From NCBI GenBank assembly GCA_017503005.1, contig JAFVTW010000003.1, forward strand, positions 73,807 to 137,806: 64,000 nt of DNA, written 5' to 3'. The notes beneath the pieces are model-generated. The model was not told the origin of the DNA. It did no database searches and worked only from the letters and a program-made list of their open reading frames with translations. Each line of letters opens with the position of its first letter. The stretch's first letter is position 1. This stretch comes from Clostridia bacterium. Lineage in GTDB: Bacteria; Bacillota; Clostridia; Christensenellales; UBA1242. Both the position numbers and the translations under genes were made by a program. This document shows, piece by piece, positions 11,001 through 20,575 of the stretch.

Positions 11001-11934
11001 AATAGCATTAGGGTCTTTGGATACTAATGACAAAAATACTTTAAAGAATAATACTATTGATATTGCTAATTTTAAACAAGATGTAGTATATTTAATTTAT
11101 TATAGTCAAACAACGGACCTTGGCAGTCAAAAATCTATGTTATTTGATTTTACTACAGATGATGGTATCGAGACAATTTATGATAATGACCAAATAAAAA
11201 ATTATAAAGATAATATCAATGGTGTATTTATTTATGTGGATAAAGATTATGAAGGAATACACTGTATACCAACAGAATCAAATATGCAAGTTTGGGATAA
11301 AACAAATGAACAATATGTTGATGGAGATATTTATATTTCACCAAAAGGAAAACTAGTTATTTCAGCAACTGAATTAACCGAAATTGATACAGCAACTGAT
11401 GTTGAAAGTGGAATTAATGTATTTGTTCTTCCGGTAAGATATGTTTATACTTTTGCAGGTCACACATACTATGTTGAAAGCAAATTAACAATTTATAGAG
11501 AATCGTTTATATATAAATATTATGGGGAAGATAATTACAATAATGGATTTAAACATAACAATACATTGTATGATTTAACTTACCAATATTATGGATTTGC
11601 ATTAACTATTAATTCATATACAAACGATGGATCTGATTTAGCAGAAAATGATTATGGCATTTTAAGTCTAACCGTTATGAAAAATGAAACTGAACTTGCA
11701 ACACTAGCAGAAATTCAAGCATTAGATTTAACAGAAGCATTCTCACTTGATTACACAGAGGATGGTATTACTTATAATAGTGCAAGTCTTGAAACTTATG
11801 AAATCGATGGCGAGACAAGGCTATATTTGGTAATTAATTATGATTTAATTGTTACTGATGGTGCTGAAACTCCACAAACAATTCTTGAAAGAACTGGTTG
11901 TGAAAGATTAATTCAACTTAATTATGCTGCATAA
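8089..11934 (+). CDS. Large surface lipoprotein with repeated MBG-like beta-sandwich modules
   Basis: Signal peptide with lipobox LTAC. Recurring module ends: ITGQGNYDGTITRNFAI, IKGQGNFTGSKTITFAINP, IIYQGNYTGREVKTFVIKP. RBS AGGGGG. Confidence 0.7.
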   Translation: MKKKFLTFLFAICFMLPCAIILTACGGKDPEKTLSSISVEAVDSDAILSIVYEPNVSERFDLNDFTVTANYSDGSTEEVTEGVTMTTSGTFDCLTNDGKYIFTYQEKTAEVQVYIHQRNIETNEFFVWDLEESYRLENPDQQITPEIRFEWSEKDITLVKDVDYTVSYGENNGNTIGETGGSVTITGQGNYDGTITRNFAIWGVSSTAEVEFPNSEITYDGNNHIHNELMSYDYIQELEGVDYVTYSYSTDNGFTWHDEEFYGYDFQMVNAGTYKIRAHFVMDTGYEGLPSATKTVTINPMNLNDAYFYGPYAQATFANKEITFGDLEGLYFQIKQNGDDLVFGTDFVVDTDYNEDGFINGYKDNIYVTTNAGVVIKGQGNFTGSKTITFAINPLELWSGQTEFSNLQEQWTFNGCEIEPTFDLSYEGVALVEDSDYTVYYDYNVFAGTGRINIIYQGNYTGREVKTFVIKPYVLDISCLSFEDEPLTYNTKAQGIEISQESLGTLIGGMNSNIIKLFHNPADETTIRYAITYRYTDGDELAEIPIDAGDYKAYASFGVVNDTANEYWYFNSIQLMNGSIPVETPYDVISKSFTIAPFEINSTNTIHQFENVDYRTNSSVTYKGDYFDDISTQLVIDFGSGTTATFEVNQWGVCNVGEYILEPDFDSEDTNYTFSKDTCGLENLTFTINKLELTAGNFETYAEIPTITCIEGDGANKYKISAFTSKLEGTYASENAELFIVDYNAKENKFAVKLIAENYNMTETLWITPVVANVIDLGIFSSIKMGTTGSSDTTDVTDTFFTENLLAAGKYFEFYFTEEVLNDESIYGCYRKDKNTTNEAIKEGNTVIGHRVHLNGADSAIGFEIYENGYYNTIIILTKTYYVTPPAKLISDDNYLKNIYVLAYNKSTQATYDNRHFDYYSLYEVVSGEKYDVDYVIDDFEYGITNVINIIVDATENTVSYLCSKSLEEMGIALGSLDTNDKNTLKNNTIDIANFKQDVVYLIYYSQTTDLGSQKSMLFDFTTDDGIETIYDNDQIKNYKDNINGVFIYVDKDYEGIHCIPTESNMQVWDKTNEQYVDGDIYISPKGKLVISATELTEIDTATDVESGINVFVLPVRYVYTFAGHTYYVESKLTIYRESFIYKYYGEDNYNNGFKHNNTLYDLTYQYYGFALTINSYTNDGSDLAENDYGILSLTVMKNETELATLAEIQALDLTEAFSLDYTEDGITYNSASLETYEIDGETRLYLVINYDLIVTDGAETPQTILERTGCERLIQLNYAA

Positions 11935-11947
11935 ATAAAGCAATAAA

Positions 11948-11977
11948 ACCTATTAGAGAAATCTAGTAGGTTTTTTT
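11948..11977 (+). terminator. Rho-independent terminator
   Basis: Hairpin cctattag/ctagtagg followed by a T7 run. Confidence 0.7.
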
Positions 11978-12199
11978 GCTTTATAGTTCAAATCTCTCCT
12001 AGATGTTTTTGCAACAAAGTGGTGGCAAGAGTATGTGTCTTATAATGTTAATTTAGTGTAGAGACATTTATTTTTATAGTTTTATGTAAAATAAAAAAAT
12101 CCCCAAACCCTTGAATATGCCTATATTACGGGGATTTAGAGAATAAAAAAAGTGTTCAAATCACTTCTCTATAAAAGAGACATTTTTGAACACTTTGCT

Positions 12200-12290
12200 T
12201 GGCGGAGAGAGAGGGATTTGAACCCTCGCTCCAGTTGCCCGGACTAAGGCCTTAGCAGGGCCTCCTCTTCGACCTCTTGAGTATCTCTCC
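12200..12290 (-). tRNA. tRNA-Ser (anticodon GCU), CCA encoded
   Basis: Reverse complement is GGAGAGA...TCTCTCC-G-CCA. Anticodon stem AGGCC/GGCCT with loop CTGCTAA, a long variable arm and T-loop GGTTCAAATCC. A hairpin terminator lies downstream (about 12139-12195). Confidence 0.9.
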
Positions 12291-12507
12291 ACAAAATATT
12301 AAGTTTGCTTAAAATTTAAGCATAGTTATTTTAACAAATGATGGTGCTGTTGTCAATGACTTTAATGAATAAAAAAATTAAAATTTTTACAATTTTTTGT
12401 AGATGATAATTGTTGTAAATATAGTAGTGTGATTTATTTTGTGTATCTTCAAACTTATTAATTTTGAAAATATGAAAAATAGTGTTATTATTATTGTGGA
12501 GAAAACG

Positions 12508-13458
12508 ATGCAAAACTATTTTAGTGATGAGAACAAATTAATAGAGATGCTAGACAAGTACGATAAAATCAGTGAATTAATGAATTATCAAGAAGTCTTG
12601 TTGGACAAAAAATTGTTTTTGAATTTGCAAAAACAAAAGCTTGCGATGGACAATATTGTGTGTAAATACAAAGATTTTTTAAAAATGAAACTGACACTTA
12701 GTGAAATGAAAGATTTGATGAGTACTCTAAGTAAAGATGATTTGATTTTGTTTGAAGTAGAACAGATTAAGCTGAACGAACAAATGACCATGTTGGCTAG
12801 AGAAATTAATAAGTTGTTGGTTATGTACAATGCTAGTATGGAAAGCTTGATGGTAGAGATTGTACTACTAAAAGGGCAACAATCTGCTAGAGTATATAGT
12901 GATTTAGAAGCTAGGATAAAAACTTTATGTAAACTAAACGATTTTGAATGTGTTTTGGCAGAAGACAAACTAAAAATTAGTGGTCTTAATGCTAAAGCTG
13001 TTTTGTCAAAAGTGATGGGTGTATATACAGTATATGACGGCAAAAATGCAGGTGGTTGTCAGGTGTTTGTATATGATAATCAGTTTAGTGACACATCGTT
13101 TAGAGAAGAAGATGTAGAGATAGTGGCTAGTAGGTCTAGTGGGGCTGGTGGACAGCACATAAATACCACCGATAGTTCTATTAAGGCTACACATATTCCT
13201 ACGGGAATAGTTGCTGTGTCCCAAGATGAGAGAAGTCAAATTCAAAATAGAGGCAAGGCTTTGGATAGGTTAAAGTTGAAGGTAGAAGACTTCTATATTC
13301 AACAAGCCAAGAAAGAAATTGACAAACAAAGAAAAGAACAGTTAAACACACTAAAAAGTGGAAAGAATATTTATGTTTTTGATTATACAAAGGGTGTAGT
13401 GTCATTGGGAGATAAATCCCTAGAAATATCTAAATTTGTTGATGGCGAAAATATATAG
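12508..13458 (+). CDS. Class-I peptide chain release factor paralogue (RF1-like, GGQ present, PxT/SPF loop absent)
   Basis: [44 protein letters not shown] matches the RF GGQ domain. N-terminal coiled coil resembles RF domain 1. Start ATG 12508 with RBS GGAGA. Confidence 0.8.
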   Translation: MQNYFSDENKLIEMLDKYDKISELMNYQEVLLDKKLFLNLQKQKLAMDNIVCKYKDFLKMKLTLSEMKDLMSTLSKDDLILFEVEQIKLNEQMTMLAREINKLLVMYNASMESLMVEIVLLKGQQSARVYSDLEARIKTLCKLNDFECVLAEDKLKISGLNAKAVLSKVMGVYTVYDGKNAGGCQVFVYDNQFSDTSFREEDVEIVASRSSGAGGQHINTTDSSIKATHIPTGIVAVSQDERSQIQNRGKALDRLKLKVEDFYIQQAKKEIDKQRKEQLNTLKSGKNIYVFDYTKGVVSLGDKSLEISKFVDGENI

Positions 13459-13467
13459 AGGAGAAGT

Positions 13468-15876
13468 ATGGTAGATAGCTTTGTAAATGTAAAAGTAGAT
13501 ACAAAAAATGTAGTGCTAACTAGTAAAAGTCTTTTTTACAAAACAGAAAATTTCATAAAGCAAACTAGATATGTTTCAAACATAGATTTTTTGTTGTCTA
13601 AACTTTGCGAAGCTATTGTGTTAAACCTAAAACAAATTAGTCATACTTCATTAAAAACAAATGCTTTTATTGTAGAAACCAAAGATAAAATGTTTTCTTT
13701 TGTGTTTAGATTGGGTTATCAAATAGATGAAAGTTTGAATAACCATGATATTGTTTTTTGTGACTACATTAGTGCAAACAAACAATTAAGCACAAAGGTT
13801 GACGAGTATATTCTACTTCAAACGGAACTGGAACTAACCATACAAAATGTATCAAAAAACTTTTCAAATGTGGATTACAACAGATTGTATATGATATCTA
13901 CTGTATCTGGTGTAAACTTGCCTAGACTAAATAGTGAACAAAAAGAAATTGTGGAAACTATAGACAAAAATGTTTTGGTGCAAGGTGTGGCTGGCAGTGG
14001 TAAAACAAATATATGTATAGACAAGATTATTTTTACTGCTTGTAAAAATTATACAGGAAAAACTTTGTATACTACATTTAGTAGAGGATTATTAAATGAT
14101 ACAAAATTAAAAGTAGAAAATTACAAAAATGATTTAAAACAAATTTTGAAAGCATACAAAGAAAAGAAGATTGTATTTTTGGATAATAATCACAAACAGG
14201 CTTTGCAAAATAGATTGGGAATATATTTCTTTGAAGATGATGACAACCATATTTTTGACAAAATTCAAAGGGTTGTAGATTATCTAGAGCACAAGATAGA
14301 TTATGTGCTTATTGAAGATATGTACAAGTCTAAGCTGGATAAAAATGCTAAATTTGTAAATCAACAGTATTTTATCAATACTTATAGTAGAAACTTGGCA
14401 AATCACCATGTAGAGAAGAGTTTTGTTAAGCTGTCCAAATACTCTAAAGAGGTTATATTTAAAGAAATATATGGTATGATTTTTGGCTCTTACAATCCAA
14501 AATCTACTGCTGACATGATGGGAATAGAAGAATATGTGACTACTAGACAAAATAGCTTTTCTAGATCGGATTGTGAGAGTATTTACCAAATAGCTGTGGA
14601 TTATCAAAAACACTTGAAATTGAATGGGTTGGTGGATAACAATCTAGCTAGTAGAGCAATTATTGAAAAAGAAAAAGATATACAATATTCACTAGCTATA
14701 CTTGACGAGGTTCAAGACTATACCCAAGTGAATTTGTATATGTACAAAGAGCTTAGCTTGAAATTATTCTGTGTGGGCGATGCATTGCAGATGATAAACC
14801 CAACCTATTTTAGTTTTGGATATCTAAAAAATCTTTTGTACGATAAAGATGTGACAGATGTAAAAGAGCTAAAGAGTAATTATCGTAATACAGCAGAGAT
14901 TGTGAAAGTAATTGATGCTATGAATGAGATAAATAGGGCAGAATTTGGCACACACAGCTTTGTGTTGAGAGGCAAAAGTGTAGATAGTGGTCTAAAGACA
15001 ACGATGGTATATTTGGCTGAAAATGACTTTGTGGATAGGATAAGTAAAATTAGATACGAAAACTTTACAATAGTGGTGTCTAATGAAAAACAAAAGAGAG
15101 AATTAAAAAAGATTATTACAGACCAGGAAGTGTTGACTGTAAGTGAGATAAAGGGACTAGAGAGAAGTACTATCATTACTTACAATATACTTAGTGACAA
15201 TGTAGACAAGTGGAGATTGTTAGAAGCTAACAAGGTTAATCATAAGTTGGCTGATGAAAACTCTGTATTTAGATATTATTACAACTTGTTTTATGTAGCA
15301 TTGTCTAGAGCTAAACAAAATATTTTTGTTGTAGAAGACGAGAAGGTTTCGCAGTTTGAGAAGTTTTTTAGTGCACATTTTGATTGTCTGGCCGTAAACG
15401 AAGCTATTAGCGAACTAAACAAAGTAGTAGCCAAGGCTGAGTTTACTCAAAGGGAAGTTGTAGATAGAGCAATAGAGTTTATTAAACTAGAGCAATACGA
15501 AAATGCTAGATTTATGGCAGGCAAGATTAAAGATGATACTGCAAGAATTGACATGCTTAGAAATATTGATATTAACGAAAAGTATATTAGTGTGGGTAAT
15601 TACAGAGATGCTGGAATCAAGTTTTGGGAATATGGTATGCTTGCTGAGGCTAAAAAGCAGTTTGTATTGTCTAATGATGTTATGCTAATAGAGTTGATAG
15701 ATAAATGTGGTGCTGGTGGCGGAAAAGACCTAGATATAGGTATTGTGCAATATTATTGTGATGTGGAAGGAAACGACATAGCACAATCGTTTATACTAGA
15801 CACCATGAAAAAAGATGTAAAAGGGCTAAAGAGTAGCTTTAAAAATATTAAAGACAGGTTTAAACAAGGAAGGTAA
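13468..15876 (+). CDS. UvrD/Rep-like SF1 helicase-family ATPase with unknown N-terminal domain and helical C-terminus
   Basis: Motifs GVAGSGKT, ILDEVQDY, VGDALQMI, NYRNT, IKGLERSTII and LFYVALSRAKQNIFVV. RBS AGGAGA. Starts 9 nt after the upstream stop. Confidence 0.75.
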   Translation: MVDSFVNVKVDTKNVVLTSKSLFYKTENFIKQTRYVSNIDFLLSKLCEAIVLNLKQISHTSLKTNAFIVETKDKMFSFVFRLGYQIDESLNNHDIVFCDYISANKQLSTKVDEYILLQTELELTIQNVSKNFSNVDYNRLYMISTVSGVNLPRLNSEQKEIVETIDKNVLVQGVAGSGKTNICIDKIIFTACKNYTGKTLYTTFSRGLLNDTKLKVENYKNDLKQILKAYKEKKIVFLDNNHKQALQNRLGIYFFEDDDNHIFDKIQRVVDYLEHKIDYVLIEDMYKSKLDKNAKFVNQQYFINTYSRNLANHHVEKSFVKLSKYSKEVIFKEIYGMIFGSYNPKSTADMMGIEEYVTTRQNSFSRSDCESIYQIAVDYQKHLKLNGLVDNNLASRAIIEKEKDIQYSLAILDEVQDYTQVNLYMYKELSLKLFCVGDALQMINPTYFSFGYLKNLLYDKDVTDVKELKSNYRNTAEIVKVIDAMNEINRAEFGTHSFVLRGKSVDSGLKTTMVYLAENDFVDRISKIRYENFTIVVSNEKQKRELKKIITDQEVLTVSEIKGLERSTIITYNILSDNVDKWRLLEANKVNHKLADENSVFRYYYNLFYVALSRAKQNIFVVEDEKVSQFEKFFSAHFDCLAVNEAISELNKVVAKAEFTQREVVDRAIEFIKLEQYENARFMAGKIKDDTARIDMLRNIDINEKYISVGNYRDAGIKFWEYGMLAEAKKQFVLSNDVMLIELIDKCGAGGGKDLDIGIVQYYCDVEGNDIAQSFILDTMKKDVKGLKSSFKNIKDRFKQGR

Positions 15877-15879
15877 ACT

Positions 15880-16596
15880 ATGGCTGATACTAACGAAATT
15901 AAAAATCTAATAGAAACATTTAAAGAGTATAGAGATTTGATAGGACCTATAGAAGATAGTCTAAAGGCTTTTTCAACCTCTTTTGATAGTATTAGTGAAG
16001 ATATCAAGAACTTAAATACTGGTTTTGATGGCAATATTCAAGCTAAACTAGACAAGATTTACAAAGAATTATCTGGTCAGGCAGAAAAATCTAAAATATT
16101 GGCTGTTGAAGTTGATAGATTTTTAAGTTCTACAAATAAATATGTGAGTGGCATAGATAATTTGATAAAGATTTGTGAAAAAGTAGAAGAGAGATTGATT
16201 GTGGTAAACAACATTCAAAACAAGGCTGAAACTCAAATCCAAAAATTAGATGCTATTATCGAAGAAAAGAAAAAGAGTTATGATATCAAACAACTAGAGA
16301 AAAAACTAGAACAATACGATATGGGTGTCCAAAAAGTAAGTGAATATATAAATAAAGATGTAGTTGAAAGTTTGCAGAACAATACTAATACTATAGAACA
16401 AATCAAAGACAAAAATACTAGCATATACAATGCTATCCAAGAAGAAAAACTTAGTATAGATAAACTGGTGGAAAGTTACAATACATCTAGCCAGTTACTA
16501 AAGAAAGTAGTAGAAGCTAACGATGTAAATGAAGAGTATATTTTTGAGATTTTAGACAAATGGGCATTGTCTAGAAAAGTAAAAACAAAGAAATAG
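15880..16596 (+). CDS. Coiled-coil protein, unknown function
   Basis: Heptad-rich, Lys/Glu-rich sequence. 3-nt gap to the upstream gene. Confidence 0.6.
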   Translation: MADTNEIKNLIETFKEYRDLIGPIEDSLKAFSTSFDSISEDIKNLNTGFDGNIQAKLDKIYKELSGQAEKSKILAVEVDRFLSSTNKYVSGIDNLIKICEKVEERLIVVNNIQNKAETQIQKLDAIIEEKKKSYDIKQLEKKLEQYDMGVQKVSEYINKDVVESLQNNTNTIEQIKDKNTSIYNAIQEEKLSIDKLVESYNTSSQLLKKVVEANDVNEEYIFEILDKWALSRKVKTKK

Positions 16597-16607
16597 AAGG
16601 AAATTGA

Positions 16608-18494
16608 ATGGAGAAGGTTGCTATATACAATTTAATAGAAACAATACAAACAGACAACCTGTCTCTTTTTTCTGCATATGTAAAAGGTAATGAAAATATA
16701 TGTATGGGCAGGTTCCCACTATTAACCCTGTGCTATATGTATAATGCGAAAAGTATACTATCTAGATACAGAAAAGATTTGGCTAAAATATCTAGCTATA
16801 AGTTTGTAGAAGAGCCAACTATTCTGTACAAACAATTCAAAAGTATTGTAGGCAAGGCTATTAGATTTTTTAAAGTAGACAATTCTATAGTTAGTCCGTT
16901 AGAGTTTTTGGCCGCTAGCAAACAAGATAGCGAAGTAAAAAAATGGTACAAATGTTTTGTAGTTAGCGACGAGCTAAAAGCAAGTTTAAAAAAAATATAT
17001 GCCGTAGATGGAATCGGTGTAGACTTTGCTGTGGGAAAAATAAAAATACAACATAGAGTGCTTGATGTGAAAGAGAAAAAGCAGCATAAACTATATGCTA
17101 TATTTGCGGCTGCTGCAGTTGTGGTTGTGTGTAGTGTGTATGTTATATTTGGTTTAAATTTGGGATTAGGTGTTGTAGGTGTTCCATTCAAAATTAGTTC
17201 GGCTTATCAGTTGTCACAAGCTCTAAATACTAGTGGTAGTTATGTATTGAATAAAGACATTGTTATAGACGATGCAAAAGGTATAGATAGGTTTGATGGT
17301 GAAATAGATGGCAATGGTCATACCATAAAAATCAACAATTTACAAAACGGATACCTACTAAAGATAAACAATGGTGATATCAAAAATATAAACATCGAAT
17401 ATGGTGACATTTCAAAAACAATTAGCAAAAGTCAAAGTATGTTTGTTGCGACTAATAATGGTAGTATCGAAAATGTAAATATTGTATGTGGTAGATTAGG
17501 TTTTACTTGCAACAAATCTGATGATACTGATATTGTCGTGAGTGGAGTTGCAAAAGAAAACTATGGCAACATAAAAGACACTAGTGTGTTATGGAATATT
17601 AAAGCTGTAGGTGTGGGTGATGGTGAGTGTTTTGTATCTGGTATAGCAGGTAATAATTATGGTGAAATTGACAGTTGTAGCACAGCAGAAAATTCAAGTA
17701 TAGAACTAATTGAAGCTGATGGCTGTGGTATAGCGGCATATAATAATTCGGGAGCAATTATTAAAAATTGCAAAAACAATTCTACAATTTCTCAGGTTAG
17801 TGATGTGGGTGGATGGTCACCAAGTGTAGGTGGAATATCTGTAACAAATTCTGGTCAAATACAAAATAGTTACAACTATTCTAATCTTGCTATTGATTCA
17901 AACTTTGACCAAGTAGTTATAGAGGGATATATCTTTATAGGTGGGGTTTCTGCCAATAACTATGGAGATATTGCTAGATGTGTCAATTATGGTGATATAA
18001 AGGTGACAAGTGAAGTTGTTGCAGTGTATGCCGGTGGAATTAGTGGATATGCTAGTTGGACTACTATAAATGATCAAAGAGTGTATCCTACTATAGTAAA
18101 TTGTGGGGTAGATTGTACACTAGATGTGTCTACCTCAAAAGATACTGGTCTAACCTTTGTGGGTGGTATATCTGGATTTTTGTATGGTGATGTAAAACAA
18201 TGTTATTCGTTGGCTACATTTACTCAAGGGTTTGACCAAAAGAAATATTATGTAGGCACACTTCTAGGTGCATCATATATAGAATTTGGATTTTTTAATG
18301 ATGATACTTTATGCTTCTATGCAGACAAGAATATTGTCTTGTATAACGAAAATGTTTCTTGTCAAATAGGTGCCCTTATAAATTCGGGTTCTATATATGC
18401 AGTTGACTATGTTGCCGATACTAATGAGGTGCAGATAGTAGAAGATGATGCTTTGATTCTTCAATCGGAGGTGTACTGGAATGAAAAACAATAG
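16608..18494 (+). CDS. Single-pass membrane protein with extracytoplasmic GLUG-type repeats
   Basis: About 160 aa of cytoplasmic N-terminus, then TM segment AIFAAAAVVVVCSVYVIFGL. Repeats: VSGIAGNNYG, VGGISVTNSG, IGGVSANNYG, AGGISGYAS, VGGISGFLYG. Confidence 0.65.
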   Translation: MEKVAIYNLIETIQTDNLSLFSAYVKGNENICMGRFPLLTLCYMYNAKSILSRYRKDLAKISSYKFVEEPTILYKQFKSIVGKAIRFFKVDNSIVSPLEFLAASKQDSEVKKWYKCFVVSDELKASLKKIYAVDGIGVDFAVGKIKIQHRVLDVKEKKQHKLYAIFAAAAVVVVCSVYVIFGLNLGLGVVGVPFKISSAYQLSQALNTSGSYVLNKDIVIDDAKGIDRFDGEIDGNGHTIKINNLQNGYLLKINNGDIKNINIEYGDISKTISKSQSMFVATNNGSIENVNIVCGRLGFTCNKSDDTDIVVSGVAKENYGNIKDTSVLWNIKAVGVGDGECFVSGIAGNNYGEIDSCSTAENSSIELIEADGCGIAAYNNSGAIIKNCKNNSTISQVSDVGGWSPSVGGISVTNSGQIQNSYNYSNLAIDSNFDQVVIEGYIFIGGVSANNYGDIARCVNYGDIKVTSEVVAVYAGGISGYASWTTINDQRVYPTIVNCGVDCTLDVSTSKDTGLTFVGGISGFLYGDVKQCYSLATFTQGFDQKKYYVGTLLGASYIEFGFFNDDTLCFYADKNIVLYNENVSCQIGALINSGSIYAVDYVADTNEVQIVEDDALILQSEVYWNEKQ

Positions 18495-18717
18495 TATATT
18501 TAGAGTGATTAGTTTGGTTCTTTTGATAGTTGATTTGGTATTGTTATTAACTATACTAGGGTGCACAATGCTTGCAATATTTGATATGATTGTATTTAAT
18601 ATATTTCATTTAATACTAGTATGTGTATTTGTAGGTATCAATGTGTTGTATATGATATATGTGATTGTAGATTTAATCCTAAACAAAAAAAGAGAAAACA
18701 ACCTTTTAGAAAAATAA
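18481..18717 (+). CDS. Small two-TM membrane protein
   Basis: RBS GGAGGTG. 14-nt overlap with the upstream gene. Hydrophobic sequence. Confidence 0.6.
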   Translation: MKNNSIFRVISLVLLIVDLVLLLTILGCTMLAIFDMIVFNIFHLILVCVFVGINVLYMIYVIVDLILNKKRENNLLEK

Positions 18718-18725
18718 TTGAATAG

Positions 18726-18751
18726 ATAGTGAGGCAACTCACTATTTTTTT
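18726..18751 (+). terminator. Rho-independent terminator ending the 12508-18717 operon
   Basis: Hairpin atagtgag/ctcactat followed by a T7 run. Confidence 0.8.
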
Positions 18752-18828
18752 CTATCTAATATCCCTATTGAAAAAAGATAGAGTTTGTAGTAAAATACTA
18801 TTGTAAAAAATATAAAGGGGGGCTAGAG

Positions 18829-19578
18829 ATGTTTAAGATTTTAAAAACTAAGAAGTATTATAAGTCAGCTAAAGACAACGGCATCTTTGGCTCACAAGCA
18901 TTGTTTGATATTGTAAACTCTTCAGAGTTTGAAAAATTATTTGATCAAACAAGAAGAACTGCAGAAACTTTTGGAACCATCGACCCTATACTTACCAAAT
19001 TGATAAACGAAAAAGGTTTCGATGCATTGCCTATACTTGTAGATAGAAATCATTATGATTTGCTTATTAGAAGCAATCTAAGAGAAATATATCGTGGTGT
19101 GAGAATGGAAGGAGCTGTTAATGACTTTGCATTCAACCCAAATATGTTTGTGGGTAAAGGCATATATTGTAATGGTGTATACTTTACATATGGAGGACCA
19201 GGGGCTAAGGCTGAGGCAGACTTGTACTTGTATCCACAAACAGGACCACATCTAGAGAAATATCATGGATATATCAAAAATTATCCTGTGGGAGATGTGA
19301 TATGTGCACTTATGTCCAAAAACACCAAAGTTGCTTCTCAAGATGATTTGTGTAAACTAAAAAGAAAGATGGAAAAGCAAATCAATAAAACTGATTTTAG
19401 TGACAAAGTAAAAGGTAGGGTGATTGACCTAATATCTAGAGATCTATCGGTTGTGGCAGTACTTAATGGTTACGATGCTGTAGATATCAAAAGTTCGAAG
19501 TATATGGTGGTATACAATAGGGGCAAACTTATACTAAAAAATCCTAATGAAAATGAAATAGATAGCAAACAAAAATAA
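18829..19578 (+). CDS. Hypothetical protein
   Basis: Long ORF with RBS AGGGGGG and its own terminator. Confidence 0.6.
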   Translation: MFKILKTKKYYKSAKDNGIFGSQALFDIVNSSEFEKLFDQTRRTAETFGTIDPILTKLINEKGFDALPILVDRNHYDLLIRSNLREIYRGVRMEGAVNDFAFNPNMFVGKGIYCNGVYFTYGGPGAKAEADLYLYPQTGPHLEKYHGYIKNYPVGDVICALMSKNTKVASQDDLCKLKRKMEKQINKTDFSDKVKGRVIDLISRDLSVVAVLNGYDAVDIKSSKYMVVYNRGKLILKNPNENEIDSKQK

Positions 19579-19582
19579 AAAA

Positions 19583-19609
19583 AGATAGAACCTGTATTCT
19601 ATCTTTTTT
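19583..19609 (+). terminator. Rho-independent terminator
   Basis: Hairpin agatagaa/ttctatct followed by a T-run. Confidence 0.75.
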
Positions 19610-19670
19610 GTTAAATTTAATGCGGAAAATATGAAAAAATGTTAAACTAAAGTTGTAAGGAGAATTTGAA

Positions 19671-20570
19671 ATGCAAAATGAAGTTATAGCAAAAATTTTA
19701 GAAAAAGAGCAAATTCAATATGAAACTATTACAAAATCCACATCTGGGTTTACTAATGATGTGTATTTTGTCGATGAAAAATTTGTAATCAAAGTGGTTG
19801 CTGCTAGAACCAAAAATGAAAAATTAGAAAAGGAAATTCAATTCTATTTAAATACTGATTTTGATTTTGTACCTAAATATGTTGCTAGTGGGGTATGTGA
19901 TGGGATTACATATTTGATTATCTCTAAATTGCCTGGTGATAGCCTATACTCTATTTGGCACACATTAGATGTAGAGAAAAGAAAACATATTGTATTGCAA
20001 ATTTGTAAAATACTAAACAAATTTCATATTGATATGTATAAATTTTTGCCTACTAAGTATGTGTATAGCGATTGGGCGAAAAAATGGAATGATAGTTTTA
20101 TAAAAAACATATCTATTATGAAAGAAAAAGGCTTTGATGTTGATTTTCTAGAAGAATTTAGACAAACAAGATTGCCAAAAATTATGGAGTCTCAAGATCC
20201 GTGTTTGGTCTATAATGATGCCCATTTTGACAATTTTTTGCTAGATGGCGATAAGGTGTATTTGATTGATTTTGACAGGGTATTATATGGCTCTGTAGAT
20301 TATGAATTGTTGATAATCAAAAGCATGCTAGATGCACCACACAAATTTGCTAGCGAGGTTGATGAGCCAAATGTAGTACCAGAGCACTATGTGGGAATAT
20401 GGGAAATACTAATGGACAACTGTCCACAAATGTTTAAGTTTGAGTACATAAAAGAAAGAGTGTTTATATACCAATTTGTATACAATCTAGGCAATGCTTA
20501 TGAGTGGAATCACGATGATTGGGTGGCAAATGAATTAGATAAGTTTAAAAATTTTTTTGATATAAAATAA
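19671..20570 (+). CDS. APH/choline-kinase-family phosphotransferase
   Basis: Catalytic-loop-like NDAHFDNFLL and Mg-binding LIDFDR. RBS AAGGAGA. Confidence 0.65.
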   Translation: MQNEVIAKILEKEQIQYETITKSTSGFTNDVYFVDEKFVIKVVAARTKNEKLEKEIQFYLNTDFDFVPKYVASGVCDGITYLIISKLPGDSLYSIWHTLDVEKRKHIVLQICKILNKFHIDMYKFLPTKYVYSDWAKKWNDSFIKNISIMKEKGFDVDFLEEFRQTRLPKIMESQDPCLVYNDAHFDNFLLDGDKVYLIDFDRVLYGSVDYELLIIKSMLDAPHKFASEVDEPNVVPEHYVGIWEILMDNCPQMFKFEYIKERVFIYQFVYNLGNAYEWNHDDWVANELDKFKNFFDIK

Positions 20571-20575
20571 TAGGT

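Noticed and set aside
12508-13458. Idea that the odd release factor signals an alternative genetic code (UGA or UAG reassignment)
   Set aside because: Standard-code translation gives long uninterrupted, motif-bearing ORFs throughout. TGA terminates several genes (51548-51550, 57668-57670, 24486-24488), and TAA and TAG terminate the rest.
18829-19578. Possible ADP-ribosyltransferase (EIYRGV ... GVYFTYG pattern resembling the R and S-T-S motifs)
   Set aside because: There is no ExE/QxE catalytic motif at the expected distance. The resemblance is too weak to call without a profile search.
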